From: an uncultured Halobacteriales archaeon
GTDB lineage: Archaea > Halobacteriota > Halobacteria > Halobacteriales > Haloarculaceae
Assembly: GCA_964423305.1 (NCBI GenBank)
Contig: CAYREK010000009.1
Location: 1 to 35,409 of the forward strand
Reading direction: 5' to 3'
Length of the DNA: 35,409 nt
The position numbers and the translations under genes were made by a program. The notes under the pieces were generated by a model. It searched no databases. It had not been told where the DNA came from and saw only the letters and a program-made list of their open reading frames with translations. This document shows, in pieces, positions 1 through 8,947 of this stretch (positions are counted from its first letter, which is position 1; every line of letters starts with the position of its first letter).

Positions 1-557
1 GATGGCGGGTCGATCCCCACCGCGTCGAACTGCCCGGCGTTGAGAAGGGGCTGCTCGACGGCCTCCCGCACCTCGCGAATCTGCTCGTCCAACCCGCCGA
101 TGTCCGCGTAGGTGACGTCCGGGCTCCCGTCGACCTCCATGGCCTGGGCGCGGGCGTCGGTCTCGGGGTCGAGGATCTCCTCGACGTCGAACGAGTCGTC
201 GATTGCGACCCGGTCGCCGGCCTCGAGCGCGTCCCGGAGGGACGGCGAGACCTCGGTGAGGACCTCCTGGTTGTTGCCGTGTTGTTTGATCACGACGCCG
301 TCCTCAAGCAGCTCCTCGGCGGTCGCGACGTACAGCGACGCCGACTTGAGCGTCTCGTTTTGTCGCTTGAGCCGATCGACGTTCTCGATGAGCCGCTGCT
401 GTCGCCCCTGTGCGGAGTGGAGCTGGTCGGAGAGTGTCTCGTTGACATCAGACACGTCGGCGTAGTGGTCTTGCAACGCGGCGAGACGCTCCGCCGGCGA
501 GAGATCCGGATCGAGGTTGAGCCGGGGGCGCTCGGGGAGCGACGGACTTCTAGACAT
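1..557 (-). CDS. pan: Proteasome-activating nucleotidase (PAN, PanB-like), 5' part; runs off the window
   Basis: Manual translation from the ATG at 557: MSRSPSLPERPRLNLDPD...coiled coil...VVIKQHGNNQEVLTEV...DARAQAMEVDGSPDVTYADIGGLDEQIREVREAVEQPL...GIDPP, typical of the haloarchaeal PAN AAA+ N-terminus. Absent from the ORF track because there is no stop in the window. Confidence 0.93.
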   Translation of the reverse strand, partial: MSRSPSLPERPRLNLDPDLSPAERLAALQDHYADVSDVNETLSDQLHSAQGRQQRLIENVDRLKRQNETLKSASLYVATAEELLEDGVVIKQHGNNQEVLTEVSPSLRDALEAGDRVAIDDSFDVEEILDPETDARAQAMEVDGSPDVTYADIGGLDEQIREVREAVEQPLLNAGQFDAVGIDPP

Positions 558-701
558 TACCTGTACGTAGCGCCTGGACAGTAAAGATCCTTCGGGACCG
601 GCAGACGAGAAGGCTACGGTGGTTCGGGGCGAGCGTGACCCCGGCCAGGGGTCGCTGGGCCCGGCGGGAGCGTTATACCCGCGGCGGTCCTACGGGCGGA
701 C

Positions 702-2831
702 GTGTCGACGGCGTCGTATCTGCGGTACTTTCCGTACGAGCCCTACGAGCACCAGCGTGAGGCGATGAGCCGGATCCACGGCGCGCTCGAAGCGGGCTCG
801 GACATGCTGTTCGAGGGCGCGACCGGGACGGGCAAGACGCTGGCGTCGCTGGTGCCGGCCCTGGATGTCGCGGCCGAGACCGACAAGACGGTCGTGATCA
901 CCACGAACGTCCACCAGCAGATGCGGCAGTTCCGCCAGGAGGCAAGCGCGATCGCAGAGACAGCCGACATCCGGGCGGTCGTCTTCCGCGGGAAATCCTC
1001 GATGTGTCACATCGACGTCGGCTACGAGGAGTGTCAGGCACTCAGGGACACGACCCGCGAGCTGGTCGAGACCGAACGCGACCGGGCCGAGCTCGAGCGC
1101 GAACAGCGGGCGCTGCTGGCCGCGAGCCAGGACGGAGACAGCGATGCCACCGCCGCCCGTGGGGCCGTGATGGACGAGCTCGAAAGCGTCGAGGAAGAGC
1201 TCGCGGAGTTCGAAGACCGGGCGACCTGCGAGCACTACTACCGGAACCTCACGGCCGACACCAGCGAGTTTTTTGCCTGGCTGTACGAGGATGTCCGCAC
1301 CCCCGACGAGATCTACGAGTTCGCCGGCGAGCGGGGGTTGTGCGGGTACGAGCTGCTCAAGGAGGGCGTCGAGGGGGTCGATCTCGTCGTCTGTAACTAC
1401 CGGCACCTGCTCGATCCGATGATCCGCGAGCAGTTTTTCCGGTGGCTCGGGCGAGACCCCGAGGACGTGATCGCGGTCGTCGACGAGGCCCACAACGTCG
1501 AGAGCGTCGCCCGGGAGAACGCCCGCCGGACCCTGACCGAGACCACCGTCGAGCAGGCCCTCGAAGAACTCGCGGGGGTCGAGGATCCCCGGAGCGAGGC
1601 CGCCACGAACCTCGTCGAGACGTTCCTGGCGGCGCTTCGGGACTGTTACGAGGGCGCGCGCGCAACCGAGGACTGGACCGACATCGCGATCGATAACGAC
1701 GACCGCCGCGACGAGCTCACGCTCGCCTTCCTGCGGGCCTACGAGGGACCGGGCTACGAGACCGACCTCGAGGCGGCCCTCGAACTCGGCCGAGAACTCG
1801 ACGCGACCTACGACCGGGCCTACAAGCGCGGCGAGACCGAGACCCGCAGGGAGTGTCAGACCCTGCAGGCGGGAACCTTCCTCGAGTCGTGGCTCGACGA
1901 GACCGACGCCGGCACCTACCCCGTCGTGAGCGTCCGGCGGGGCAGAGACGGGACCTACGGCCGGGCGGAGCTATACACCTGCCTCCCCCGACGGGTGACC
2001 CGTCCGCTGTTCGAGCAGCTACACGCGAGCGTACTCATGAGCGCAACGCTCCGACCGTTCGACGTGCTGGCGGACGTGCTCGGGCTCGATGCCCCGGAAA
2101 CGCTCGCGTACGGGCCGCAGTTCCCGACCGAGCGCCGCCGGACCTACGCGGTCGACGGGCCGGCGCTGTTCGCGAGCCGGCGCGAGGATCCGTCGGTACA
2201 GGCGACCGTCACCGAGACCCTCGAGGACGCCGTCGAGATGACTCCCGGAAACACGCTCGCTTTCTTTCCCAGCTACGGCGAGGCCGCCCGGTACCACGAC
2301 CGCCTCAGTGCAGGGGCGCGGACGTATCTCGACGAGCCCGGAACGTCGGCTCGAGAGCTGCGCGAGCGGTTCGTCGCCGACGACGACGCCGTGTTGTGTA
2401 CCTCGCTGTGGGGCACACTCGGCGAGGGAGTGAGCTACGACGGTGACGACGCCCGGACCGTCGTCGTGGTCGGCGTGCCGTACCCGCGGCTCGACGACCG
2501 GACCGAGGCCGTCCAGCGGGCCTACGACGCGGCCGTCGACGAGCCCGAGGCCGGCTGGCGGTACGCCGTCGAGGTGCCGACGATCCGCAAGACCCGCCAG
2601 GCGCTGGGCCGAGTGGTGCGATCACCGGAGGATTTCGGCGCCCGGATCCTGCTCGACGGGCGGTACACCGAGCGGGCGGCCGTCGAGGACTCCGAGTACG
2701 CCGTTCGAGAGACGTTCCCGCCCGAGGAACGCCGGGAGCTGATCGACATCGTGCCCGAGAAGCTTCGGTTCGGGCTTCGGAACTTCTACGCCGACGTGGG
2801 TGGCTACGACGGCGACCCGCCGGCGCCCTGA
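702..2831 (+). CDS. rad3: ATP-dependent DNA helicase, Rad3/XPD (DinG) family
   Basis: Q motif (FPYEPYEHQ), Walker A GATGTGKT, four candidate FeS cysteines (SMCH, EEC, TCEHY, LCGYE), DEAH box, SATL, EGVSY, QALGRVVRS; GTG start. Confidence 0.93.
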   Translation: MSTASYLRYFPYEPYEHQREAMSRIHGALEAGSDMLFEGATGTGKTLASLVPALDVAAETDKTVVITTNVHQQMRQFRQEASAIAETADIRAVVFRGKSSMCHIDVGYEECQALRDTTRELVETERDRAELEREQRALLAASQDGDSDATAARGAVMDELESVEEELAEFEDRATCEHYYRNLTADTSEFFAWLYEDVRTPDEIYEFAGERGLCGYELLKEGVEGVDLVVCNYRHLLDPMIREQFFRWLGRDPEDVIAVVDEAHNVESVARENARRTLTETTVEQALEELAGVEDPRSEAATNLVETFLAALRDCYEGARATEDWTDIAIDNDDRRDELTLAFLRAYEGPGYETDLEAALELGRELDATYDRAYKRGETETRRECQTLQAGTFLESWLDETDAGTYPVVSVRRGRDGTYGRAELYTCLPRRVTRPLFEQLHASVLMSATLRPFDVLADVLGLDAPETLAYGPQFPTERRRTYAVDGPALFASRREDPSVQATVTETLEDAVEMTPGNTLAFFPSYGEAARYHDRLSAGARTYLDEPGTSARELRERFVADDDAVLCTSLWGTLGEGVSYDGDDARTVVVVGVPYPRLDDRTEAVQRAYDAAVDEPEAGWRYAVEVPTIRKTRQALGRVVRSPEDFGARILLDGRYTERAAVEDSEYAVRETFPPEERRELIDIVPEKLRFGLRNFYADVGGYDGDPPAP

Positions 2832-2960
2832 CCGAAACGGGCCGCCGTCGGAGCCGTCGAATACCCCGATGAGCCGAAGCTCGGACAGAAAAAACAGTCG
2901 ACAGAGTGGAACCGGCGCCGGGACCGGGAGCTTGTTACCGGCGGGGCCGAACGACCGACG

Positions 2961-3596
2961 ATGACGCTGGTCGCGTTCGACTTCGACGGGACGCTGTCGG
3001 ACTCGGAGATGACGGTCCTGCTGGGCGCTCGACGGGGCGTCGCCGAGGAGATGGCCGCGATCACCGAGCGGGCGATGAACGACGAGATCGGCTACGCAGA
3101 GAGCCTCCGCCGACGGGCCCGGCTACTCAAGGGACTCCGCGAGGACCAGGCCGAGGCGGCGTTCGATCGGGTCCGGCTCCGGGAGGGGGCCGCGGAGCTC
3201 GTAGAAGAGCTGCGGGCGGCCGGCGCGACCGTCGCCGTGCTCACCGGCGGGTTCGAACGGGGCGTGGAGGCCGCCCTCGCCGCGGCCGGGGTCGAGGTCG
3301 ACGCCGTGGTCGCGAACCGGCTGCCGGTCGCCGACGGCGCGCTCACCGGAGCGGTCGAGGGGCCGCTGATCGAGGGTACCAAAGACGACGCCCTAGAGGT
3401 ACTCGCGGCGGCCGTCGGGGTCGAGTTGGCCGAGACGGTCGCGGTCGGCGACGGGGCAAACGACCTGCCCATGCTCGAGGTGGCCGGGCTCGCGGTCGGC
3501 TACGAGCCGAAACCCGCCGTCGCCCCCGCCTGCGACCGGACCGTCGCGTCGATGGCCGAACTCGCTGAGCTGTTGGACGGCGAGGGGCTGGGCTGA
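2961..3596 (+). CDS. serB: Phosphoserine phosphatase (HAD family)
   Basis: FDFDGTLSDSE motif I, ITERAMNDEIGYAESL, TGGF, GDGANDLPML. Confidence 0.93.
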   Translation: MTLVAFDFDGTLSDSEMTVLLGARRGVAEEMAAITERAMNDEIGYAESLRRRARLLKGLREDQAEAAFDRVRLREGAAELVEELRAAGATVAVLTGGFERGVEAALAAAGVEVDAVVANRLPVADGALTGAVEGPLIEGTKDDALEVLAAAVGVELAETVAVGDGANDLPMLEVAGLAVGYEPKPAVAPACDRTVASMAELAELLDGEGLG

Positions 3597-3597
3597 G

Positions 3598-5163
3598 TCA
3601 GACGAACTGCCGGACGGTCAGCTCCAGGGTCTGCAGATCGAGGATCGGAGCGTACCCGACGTCGGGCTCGAGGTTGACACTCTCCTGGAAGTCGGTCTGG
3701 GACTGCCAGCAACTCGAGTTGATCGAGAGTACGCCGTTGTACCGGTGGTAGCCGAGCTTGTGGACGTGCCCGGCGTGGAACACGTCCGGGACCGAGTCGA
3801 CGATCATGTGATCCTCGGCCTCGGGGGCGATCCGGGTCGAGCCGCCGTACTGGGGCGCGAGGTGACGCTTCCGCAGCAGCTGGCCCATCGTCTCGGCCGG
3901 CCGGTCGTAGCTGGCCCGGTCGTCGGGCAGCTCGGCGATCAGCTCGTCCAACGACACCCCATGATACATCAGCACCGAGACGCCCTCGATCGTCACCGTC
4001 GATGGGTTCGCCGAGATCGTCGCGTCGTGAGCGCGCATGATCGCCCGGAGCCGCTCGTCGAAGGCGGGTTGGGGTTCCGCCAGCCGGACCGCGTCGTGGT
4101 TGCCCGGGATCATCACGATCTCCAAGTCCCCGGGAACGGATTTGAGGTGTTCGTTGAACCGCTCGTACTGATCGTAGATATCGACGATCGACAGCTCCTC
4201 GTCCTGGCCAGGGTAGACCCCGATCCCCTCGACCATGTCCCCGGCGATCAGCAGATACTCCACGTCGGTGGCCGCCTCCGTGTGCAGCCAGTCAGCAAAG
4301 GCCTCCCAGGCGTCGGCCCGGAACTGGTCGCTACCGACGTGAACGTCCGAGACCAGCGCTGCCCGGACCGGCCGGTCGGCCGTCGATGGGCTGTTGGTCC
4401 GGGGAATGTCTGGCACGTACAGCGAGTCGACAAACAGAATTCCGGCGTCGTCGGAGAGCTGTCCCTCGACGGCGATCACCTCGTCGTGTAACAGTCCCCG
4501 GACCTCGCCGGCGAGCTCGTCGTCGGTCACGAGACAGGGAAACCGGCCGGTGGTGTCCTCGAGCTCGACCAGCCAGTTGCCGTTGCTCGTCGACCGAATG
4601 TCGGCGACCATCCCGATCAGCCCGGCGTCGCCCCCGCCAGACATCTCCCTGATCGTCTCGGCCGGGCGGTGGGTGACTCGTCCCCGGAGGTGATCGGCCA
4701 GCCGCTCGTAGCGATCCCTGAACACCGCGAGAAAGTCCTCGTACTTCCCGGTCCCGGTGCTCTGAAACTCCCCCGAGACGGTCATCCGCTCGCCGGTAGG
4801 TTCCAAACCGGTCGCCCCATCCGACGATCGATCGCCGGCCCGTGGGCCTGCTCGGGACTGGGGTGACCCCACCGTTTCGTCTGGAGATCGACCGGTCGCG
4901 TCTTCCGAATCCGAGGTGGAACTTCCAGGTGAAACGGAGGGGTTCGCTGTCGACGAGCCGATCGACGCGGCGGAGGGACCAAGCACCGCGTCGACGTGAT
5001 CGGCGGAGAGGACCAGCACGTCTTCCGGTGCGGCCTCAGCGACCCGGTCGATCGCGGCGGCGGTGTTCTCGGCGCCGGCGAGGAGCGTCACGGCCTCGCG
5101 GTCGGCGTTGTAGCCGCGCTCGGCGAGGGCGCGGACGACCCGGGCGTGTGAGTCTCGGGGCAC
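3598..5163 (-). CDS. polD1: DNA polymerase D small (proofreading) subunit DP1
   Basis: GTG start at 5163 (VPRDSHARVVRALAERGYNADREA), OB fold (LEDTTG) and calcineurin-like phosphoesterase motifs SDVHVGS, AGDMVEG, PGNHD, YHG, RHLAP, HAGHVH. The ORF-track extension to 5397 overlaps sec11 and is not used. Confidence 0.95.
   Translation of the reverse strand: MPRDSHARVVRALAERGYNADREAVTLLAGAENTAAAIDRVAEAAPEDVLVLSADHVDAVLGPSAASIGSSTANPSVSPGSSTSDSEDATGRSPDETVGSPQSRAGPRAGDRSSDGATGLEPTGERMTVSGEFQSTGTGKYEDFLAVFRDRYERLADHLRGRVTHRPAETIREMSGGGDAGLIGMVADIRSTSNGNWLVELEDTTGRFPCLVTDDELAGEVRGLLHDEVIAVEGQLSDDAGILFVDSLYVPDIPRTNSPSTADRPVRAALVSDVHVGSDQFRADAWEAFADWLHTEAATDVEYLLIAGDMVEGIGVYPGQDEELSIVDIYDQYERFNEHLKSVPGDLEIVMIPGNHDAVRLAEPQPAFDERLRAIMRAHDATISANPSTVTIEGVSVLMYHGVSLDELIAELPDDRASYDRPAETMGQLLRKRHLAPQYGGSTRIAPEAEDHMIVDSVPDVFHAGHVHKLGYHRYNGVLSINSSCWQSQTDFQESVNLEPDVGYAPILDLQTLELTVRQFV
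4867..4885 (-). promoter_or_regulatory. ORB-like element inside polD1 (TCCAGACGAAACGGTGGGG)
   Basis: Matches the TCCAnnnGAAAC core plus G-string of the origin ORBs at 7866-7884 and 8153-8171. Confidence 0.7.
4924..4942 (+). promoter_or_regulatory. ORB-like element inside polD1 (TCCAGGTGAAACGGAGGGG)
   Basis: Near-canonical ORB; inverted partner of 4867-4885 (16/19 identical), 38-bp spacer. Confidence 0.72.
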
Positions 5164-5250
5164 ACTCGGGCAACGAGCGAGGGTGAGATAAGCACCGCGA
5201 CCGACGGCGAGGTCAGAAGATTGAAACGCGAACCCGAAAAAAAAGAGACG

Positions 5251-6027
5251 ATGACAGGCCCGGGCGAGGACTCCGAGCCGACCGGAACGGACTCCTCGGA
5301 GAACCGGAGCGACCGGAGGGGGCGAGCGGACCCGACACGACCGAAAAGTAGTGCGGACGAACACCCGGGCGACGATGGCGGTCGCGTGCGCGCGCAAAGT
5401 CGGAAACGGCCTGAGCGCGAGGGAGACGAAGCAGATACCGACGGAGACAGCTGGCTCCTGTTCGGGCGGGACCTACTCGCCAGTATCGCCATCGTCTTGC
5501 TGTTCGGCGGGTACCTGTTTGCGATCAGCGGCGTCTGGCCGCCGATGGTGGCCGTCGAGAGCGGCAGCATGGAGCCGAACTTGGAGCGAACGGACCTGGT
5601 GTTCGTGATGGACACCGACCGGTTCCAGCCGGAGGGGGCCGTCGCGGACACCGGCGTCGTCGTCGCCCGCGACGGGGCCCAGACCGAGTACAGGCAGTTC
5701 GGCAACCCGGGAGACGTGATCGTCTTCGAACCCGACGGGAACGGCAACCAGACCCCGATCATCCACCGGGCGATGTTTTGGGTCGAAGAGGGTGAAAGGT
5801 GGGTCGACCGGGCCGACGACCGATTCCTCGGGGGCGCCGACTCCTGTGCGGCGATCGCGGGCTGTCCGGCCCCCCACGACGGATTCATTACGAAAGGCGA
5901 CGACAACCGCGCGTACGACCAGGCCGGGGTGGGGCGGGTGAGCCAGCCCGTCCGCCCGGAATGGGTGATCGGGACGGCGGAACTCCGGCTGCCGGGAGCG
6001 GGCTGGGTACGACTGCAGTTCGGGTGA
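5251..6027 (+). CDS. sec11: Signal peptidase I (S26, Sec11-like)
   Basis: TM segment followed by VAVESGSMEP (catalytic Ser), GDVIVF, PIIHRA (His), FITKGDDN; ATG at 5251. Confidence 0.92.
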   Translation: MTGPGEDSEPTGTDSSENRSDRRGRADPTRPKSSADEHPGDDGGRVRAQSRKRPEREGDEADTDGDSWLLFGRDLLASIAIVLLFGGYLFAISGVWPPMVAVESGSMEPNLERTDLVFVMDTDRFQPEGAVADTGVVVARDGAQTEYRQFGNPGDVIVFEPDGNGNQTPIIHRAMFWVEEGERWVDRADDRFLGGADSCAAIAGCPAPHDGFITKGDDNRAYDQAGVGRVSQPVRPEWVIGTAELRLPGAGWVRLQFG

Positions 6028-6031
6028 CGGG

Positions 6032-7648
6032 TTAGCCGTCGAAGCGGGTCTGGACGCCGGATTGGATCTCGCCGGCGTCGCCAAGCCGGGAGTCAGAGAG
6101 TACGACCGCCTCAGTCTCGTCGACGGGCACCGAGAGACTGATCTCTTTGGTGCGTCCGTACCGGCCCTTCGAGACGACGATCGCGTTGACGATCCCCAGC
6201 ATGTCGAGTTCACTGATCAGATCGGTGACTCGCCGCTGTGTGAGCGCGTCTGTGTCGATGTCTTCACAGAGCCGCTTGTAGACGTTGTACACCTCGCCGG
6301 TGTTGATCGCGGGGACATCCTCCTTCTCAAGGGTGATGATCGCAAACAGGACGATCTTCGACTGCTGGGGAAGCGTCCGGACCACCTCGACGACCCGGTC
6401 GAGCTCGATTTTCTCCTGTGCCTGCCGGACGTGTCGTTCCTCGACTCGATCGGTGGTGTCGCGTTCCGCGAGCTCGCCGGCGGTCCGGAGTAGATCGAGC
6501 GCCCGCCGGGCGTCACCGTGCTCCTGGGCGGCGAAGGCCGCACACAGCGGGATCACGTCATCGGTCAGGGCCTCGTCGACGAAGGCCGCGCCGGCCCGGT
6601 ACTGAAGGATATCCTGTAACTGGGTCGCGTCGTAGGGCGGGAAGACGATCTCTTCCTCACCCAGGCTGGATTTGACCCGCGGATCCAGGAAGTCGGTGAA
6701 CTTCAGGTCGTTCGAGATCCCGATAATAGAGATCCGGGTACGCTCGAGTTCGGAGTTCATCCGCGAGAGGTTATACAGCGTGTCGTCGCCGGATTTCTCG
6801 ACGAGCTTGTCGATCTCGTCGAGCATGATCACGACCACCCGCTCGCGGTAATCGACCGCCTCGAAAAAGGAGTTGTACACCCGATCGGTCGGCCACCCGG
6901 TCATCGGCACCTCCTCGAACCGCTCGCGGTCGGCCTCGAGCTCGTCGAGACGGGCCTCGAGTTCGGCCGGCGAGTCGTGATCGGTCTCGGTCAGGGCCGA
7001 CGGGTCCGTCTCGACCCGGTCTCGGAGCTCCGTGAGTTCCGTGAGCTCTTCGTCGACAACCGCCCGATTTTTTTCGACGAACTCGTTTGCGAGCTGTGCG
7101 AGCACACGGTACTGGGTGGCGGTGACCTCGCAGTTGATGTACTCGACCTCGCAGGGAACGGCGTACTTCTCCGAGGTCGTCTCGAGCTCGTCGCTGACGA
7201 ACTTCGCGCTGGCTGTCTTACCGGTCCCGGTCTTGCCGTAAATCAGGATGTTCGAAGGGGTATCCCCGCGCAGCGCCGAGACCAGGATCGTCGCCATGTT
7301 GTTGATCTGTTCCTCCCGGTGAGGGAGTTTCCGCGGGGTGTAGGACGGACGTAACACCTCCTTGTCCTCGAAGATCGGATCGCCGCTGAGAAGATCATCG
7401 AACAGTCCCTGTGAGCCCGACTCCTCGAGCAGCGACTCTCTGGGCCCCGAATCCGATTCGGAAGTTCCCCCCAGCGAGGGACTGGTCTCCGAGTCCGTCT
7501 TCGCCGGGGTCGTTTTCGCGTCTTCCGCCGGTTCCCCGGATGTCTCGGAAAAGTCGGTCAGCGATGGCGAAGATTCTTCGGAAGTCTCCGTCAGTTTCGC
7601 CCCGTCTGTCTGTTCGTCCGAACCCCGGTGATCGTCGTCCTCGGTCAT
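6032..7648 (-). CDS. orc1: Orc1/Cdc6 replication initiator (oriC1-associated)
   Basis: LRPSYTPRKLPHREEQI, Walker A GKTGTGKT, Walker B MLDEID, GDARRALDLLR, winged-helix SKGRYGRT; acidic low-complexity N-terminus. Confidence 0.96.
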   Translation of the reverse strand: MTEDDDHRGSDEQTDGAKLTETSEESSPSLTDFSETSGEPAEDAKTTPAKTDSETSPSLGGTSESDSGPRESLLEESGSQGLFDDLLSGDPIFEDKEVLRPSYTPRKLPHREEQINNMATILVSALRGDTPSNILIYGKTGTGKTASAKFVSDELETTSEKYAVPCEVEYINCEVTATQYRVLAQLANEFVEKNRAVVDEELTELTELRDRVETDPSALTETDHDSPAELEARLDELEADRERFEEVPMTGWPTDRVYNSFFEAVDYRERVVVIMLDEIDKLVEKSGDDTLYNLSRMNSELERTRISIIGISNDLKFTDFLDPRVKSSLGEEEIVFPPYDATQLQDILQYRAGAAFVDEALTDDVIPLCAAFAAQEHGDARRALDLLRTAGELAERDTTDRVEERHVRQAQEKIELDRVVEVVRTLPQQSKIVLFAIITLEKEDVPAINTGEVYNVYKRLCEDIDTDALTQRRVTDLISELDMLGIVNAIVVSKGRYGRTKEISLSVPVDETEAVVLSDSRLGDAGEIQSGVQTRFDG

Positions 7649-7655
7649 TCACATG

Positions 7656-7673
7656 CCCCTTGTTTCGGTTGGA
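7656..7673 (-). promoter_or_regulatory. ORB element immediately upstream of the orc1 start (TCCAACCGAAACAAGGGG)
   Basis: ORB consensus ending 8 nt before the orc1 ATG. Confidence 0.75.
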
Positions 7674-7863
7674 GATTTCTCGTGCGTTCCGGAGAGAGCC
7701 GCTCACGGCCGTGTATATGGGACATACGACGGCTCGTCTCGCAGATCGCGTCCACTTGAACCAAAAGAAGCGCCTTGCGACAGCATATTAATAGTTCCGG
7801 TCCACCACCCGGATCTCACGGCCGACCTCGACCAGCCACGGGCACGGATCCTGACACCCCCCA

Positions 7864-7885
7864 CACCCCCTCGTTTCGAGTGGAA
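7864..7885 (-). repeat. ORB, left arm of origin inverted repeat
   Basis: Reverse complement is TTCCACTCGAAACGAGGGGGTG, followed by further G-string. Confidence 0.92.
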
Positions 7886-8151
7886 CGCTCCACAAGGGTG
7901 GGGGGTGTCTCTCGGCGAGCATCTAGACAAAGAAAGTCTTATTACTACACCGTGTTCACCATACCCGCAATGATGCTTTACGAAACTGTTTCTATCCATT
8001 TTCTAAAACATCTAGACTAGTGATAAGACCGCCGAAACGAAGATGAGACCGCGATAGATAACGGGAGCGTGGAAACAGTAGCCTCTCATAGCGTCTCGTG
8101 GATACTCTCCCGACTCACGGGTCTCAGATGGTCACCGTCCTCTGTGGTGGT

Positions 8152-8173
8152 TTCCACTCGAAACGAGGGGGTG
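8152..8173 (+). repeat. ORB, right arm of origin inverted repeat
   Basis: TTCCACTCGAAACGAGGGGGTG followed by GGGGG. Confidence 0.92.
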
Positions 8174-8296
8174 GGGGGTCTCCCGGGTATGCTGTCGGGT
8201 ATCGTATAAATTTGTTTATATGTGTCTGACGTACAACTAAGTAAGTCAGGGCTGGTTGTTGAGATAACGCCCCTACCGGGGCCGGGAGGATCCAGG

Positions 8297-8944
8297 ATGG
8301 GACTACTCACGAGCCTCAGATCGAGCATATCACGCGCGGTTTCGACGATGCTGTCCGCAGAGGAGCCAAAGCGGATCGGCATCTACGGGCCGCCGAACGC
8401 TGGGAAAACGACCCTTGCGAACCGAATCGTTCGCGATTGGACCGAGCACGGCGACGCGGTCGGTCCGGAGAGTCACATTCCCCACGAGACCCGCCGCGCC
8501 CGCCGGAAGGAAGATGTTCGGATCGAGCGCGACGGCAGAGCGGTCACGATCGATATCGTCGACACGCCTGGGGTCGCGACCAAGGTCGATTACACCGAGT
8601 TTCTCGACCACGACATGGACGAAGACGACGCCGTCCGGCGGTCCCGTGAGGCCACCGAGGGAGTCGCCGAGGCCATGCACTGGCTCCGAGAGGATGTCGA
8701 CGGCGTGATCTACGTCCTGGACGCGACTGAGGACCCGTTCACGCAGGTGAACACGATGCTCGTCGGGATCATCGAGAGTCAGGACCTGCCGGCGCTGATC
8801 CTCGCGAACAAGATTGACCTCGCCGAGGCAAACCCCGACCGGATTCGCAACGCCTTCCCCCAACACGAGACCGTCCCGGTCTCGGCACTCGAGGGTGACA
8901 ACATCGACGATGTCTACGACAAGGTCGCGGAGTACTTCGGGTAA
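8297..8944 (+). CDS. oapA: Origin-associated Era-like GTP-binding protein OapA
   Basis: GPPNAGKTT, DTPG, NKID, SAL G-motifs; ATG at 8297 preceded by GGAGG; divergent from orc1. Confidence 0.9.
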   Translation: MGLLTSLRSSISRAVSTMLSAEEPKRIGIYGPPNAGKTTLANRIVRDWTEHGDAVGPESHIPHETRRARRKEDVRIERDGRAVTIDIVDTPGVATKVDYTEFLDHDMDEDDAVRRSREATEGVAEAMHWLREDVDGVIYVLDATEDPFTQVNTMLVGIIESQDLPALILANKIDLAEANPDRIRNAFPQHETVPVSALEGDNIDDVYDKVAEYFG

Positions 8945-8947
8945 CCC

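Larger units (their letters stand above)
7853..8180. other. oriC1: Chromosomal replication origin oriC1
   Basis: Intergenic between orc1 and oapA. A perfect 22-bp inverted repeat TTCCACTCGAAACGAGGGGGTG (7864-7885 minus, 8152-8173 plus), each copy with an extended G-string, flanks a 266-bp spacer with an AT-rich core (~7920-8030). Confidence 0.93.

Noticed and set aside
1040-1225. Coiled-coil insertion inside the Rad3 FeS domain
   Set aside because: All four cysteines are retained and there are no intein motifs; likely an ordinary lineage feature.
5164-5397. ORF-track N-terminal extensions (polD1; likewise oapA, M28, hef, FabH-like, CBS, kinase, NDP-sugar synthase)
   Set aside because: They are Arg-rich, non-acidic and overlap neighbours or promoters; family-like sequence begins at the downstream starts I used.
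6905-7085. ~60-aa acidic insertion in the Orc1 AAA+ domain, considered as an intein
   Set aside because: No N-terminal C/S or C-terminal HN-C/S/T splice motifs. It reads as an acidic coiled-coil insert of the kind seen in haloarchaeal oriC1 initiators.
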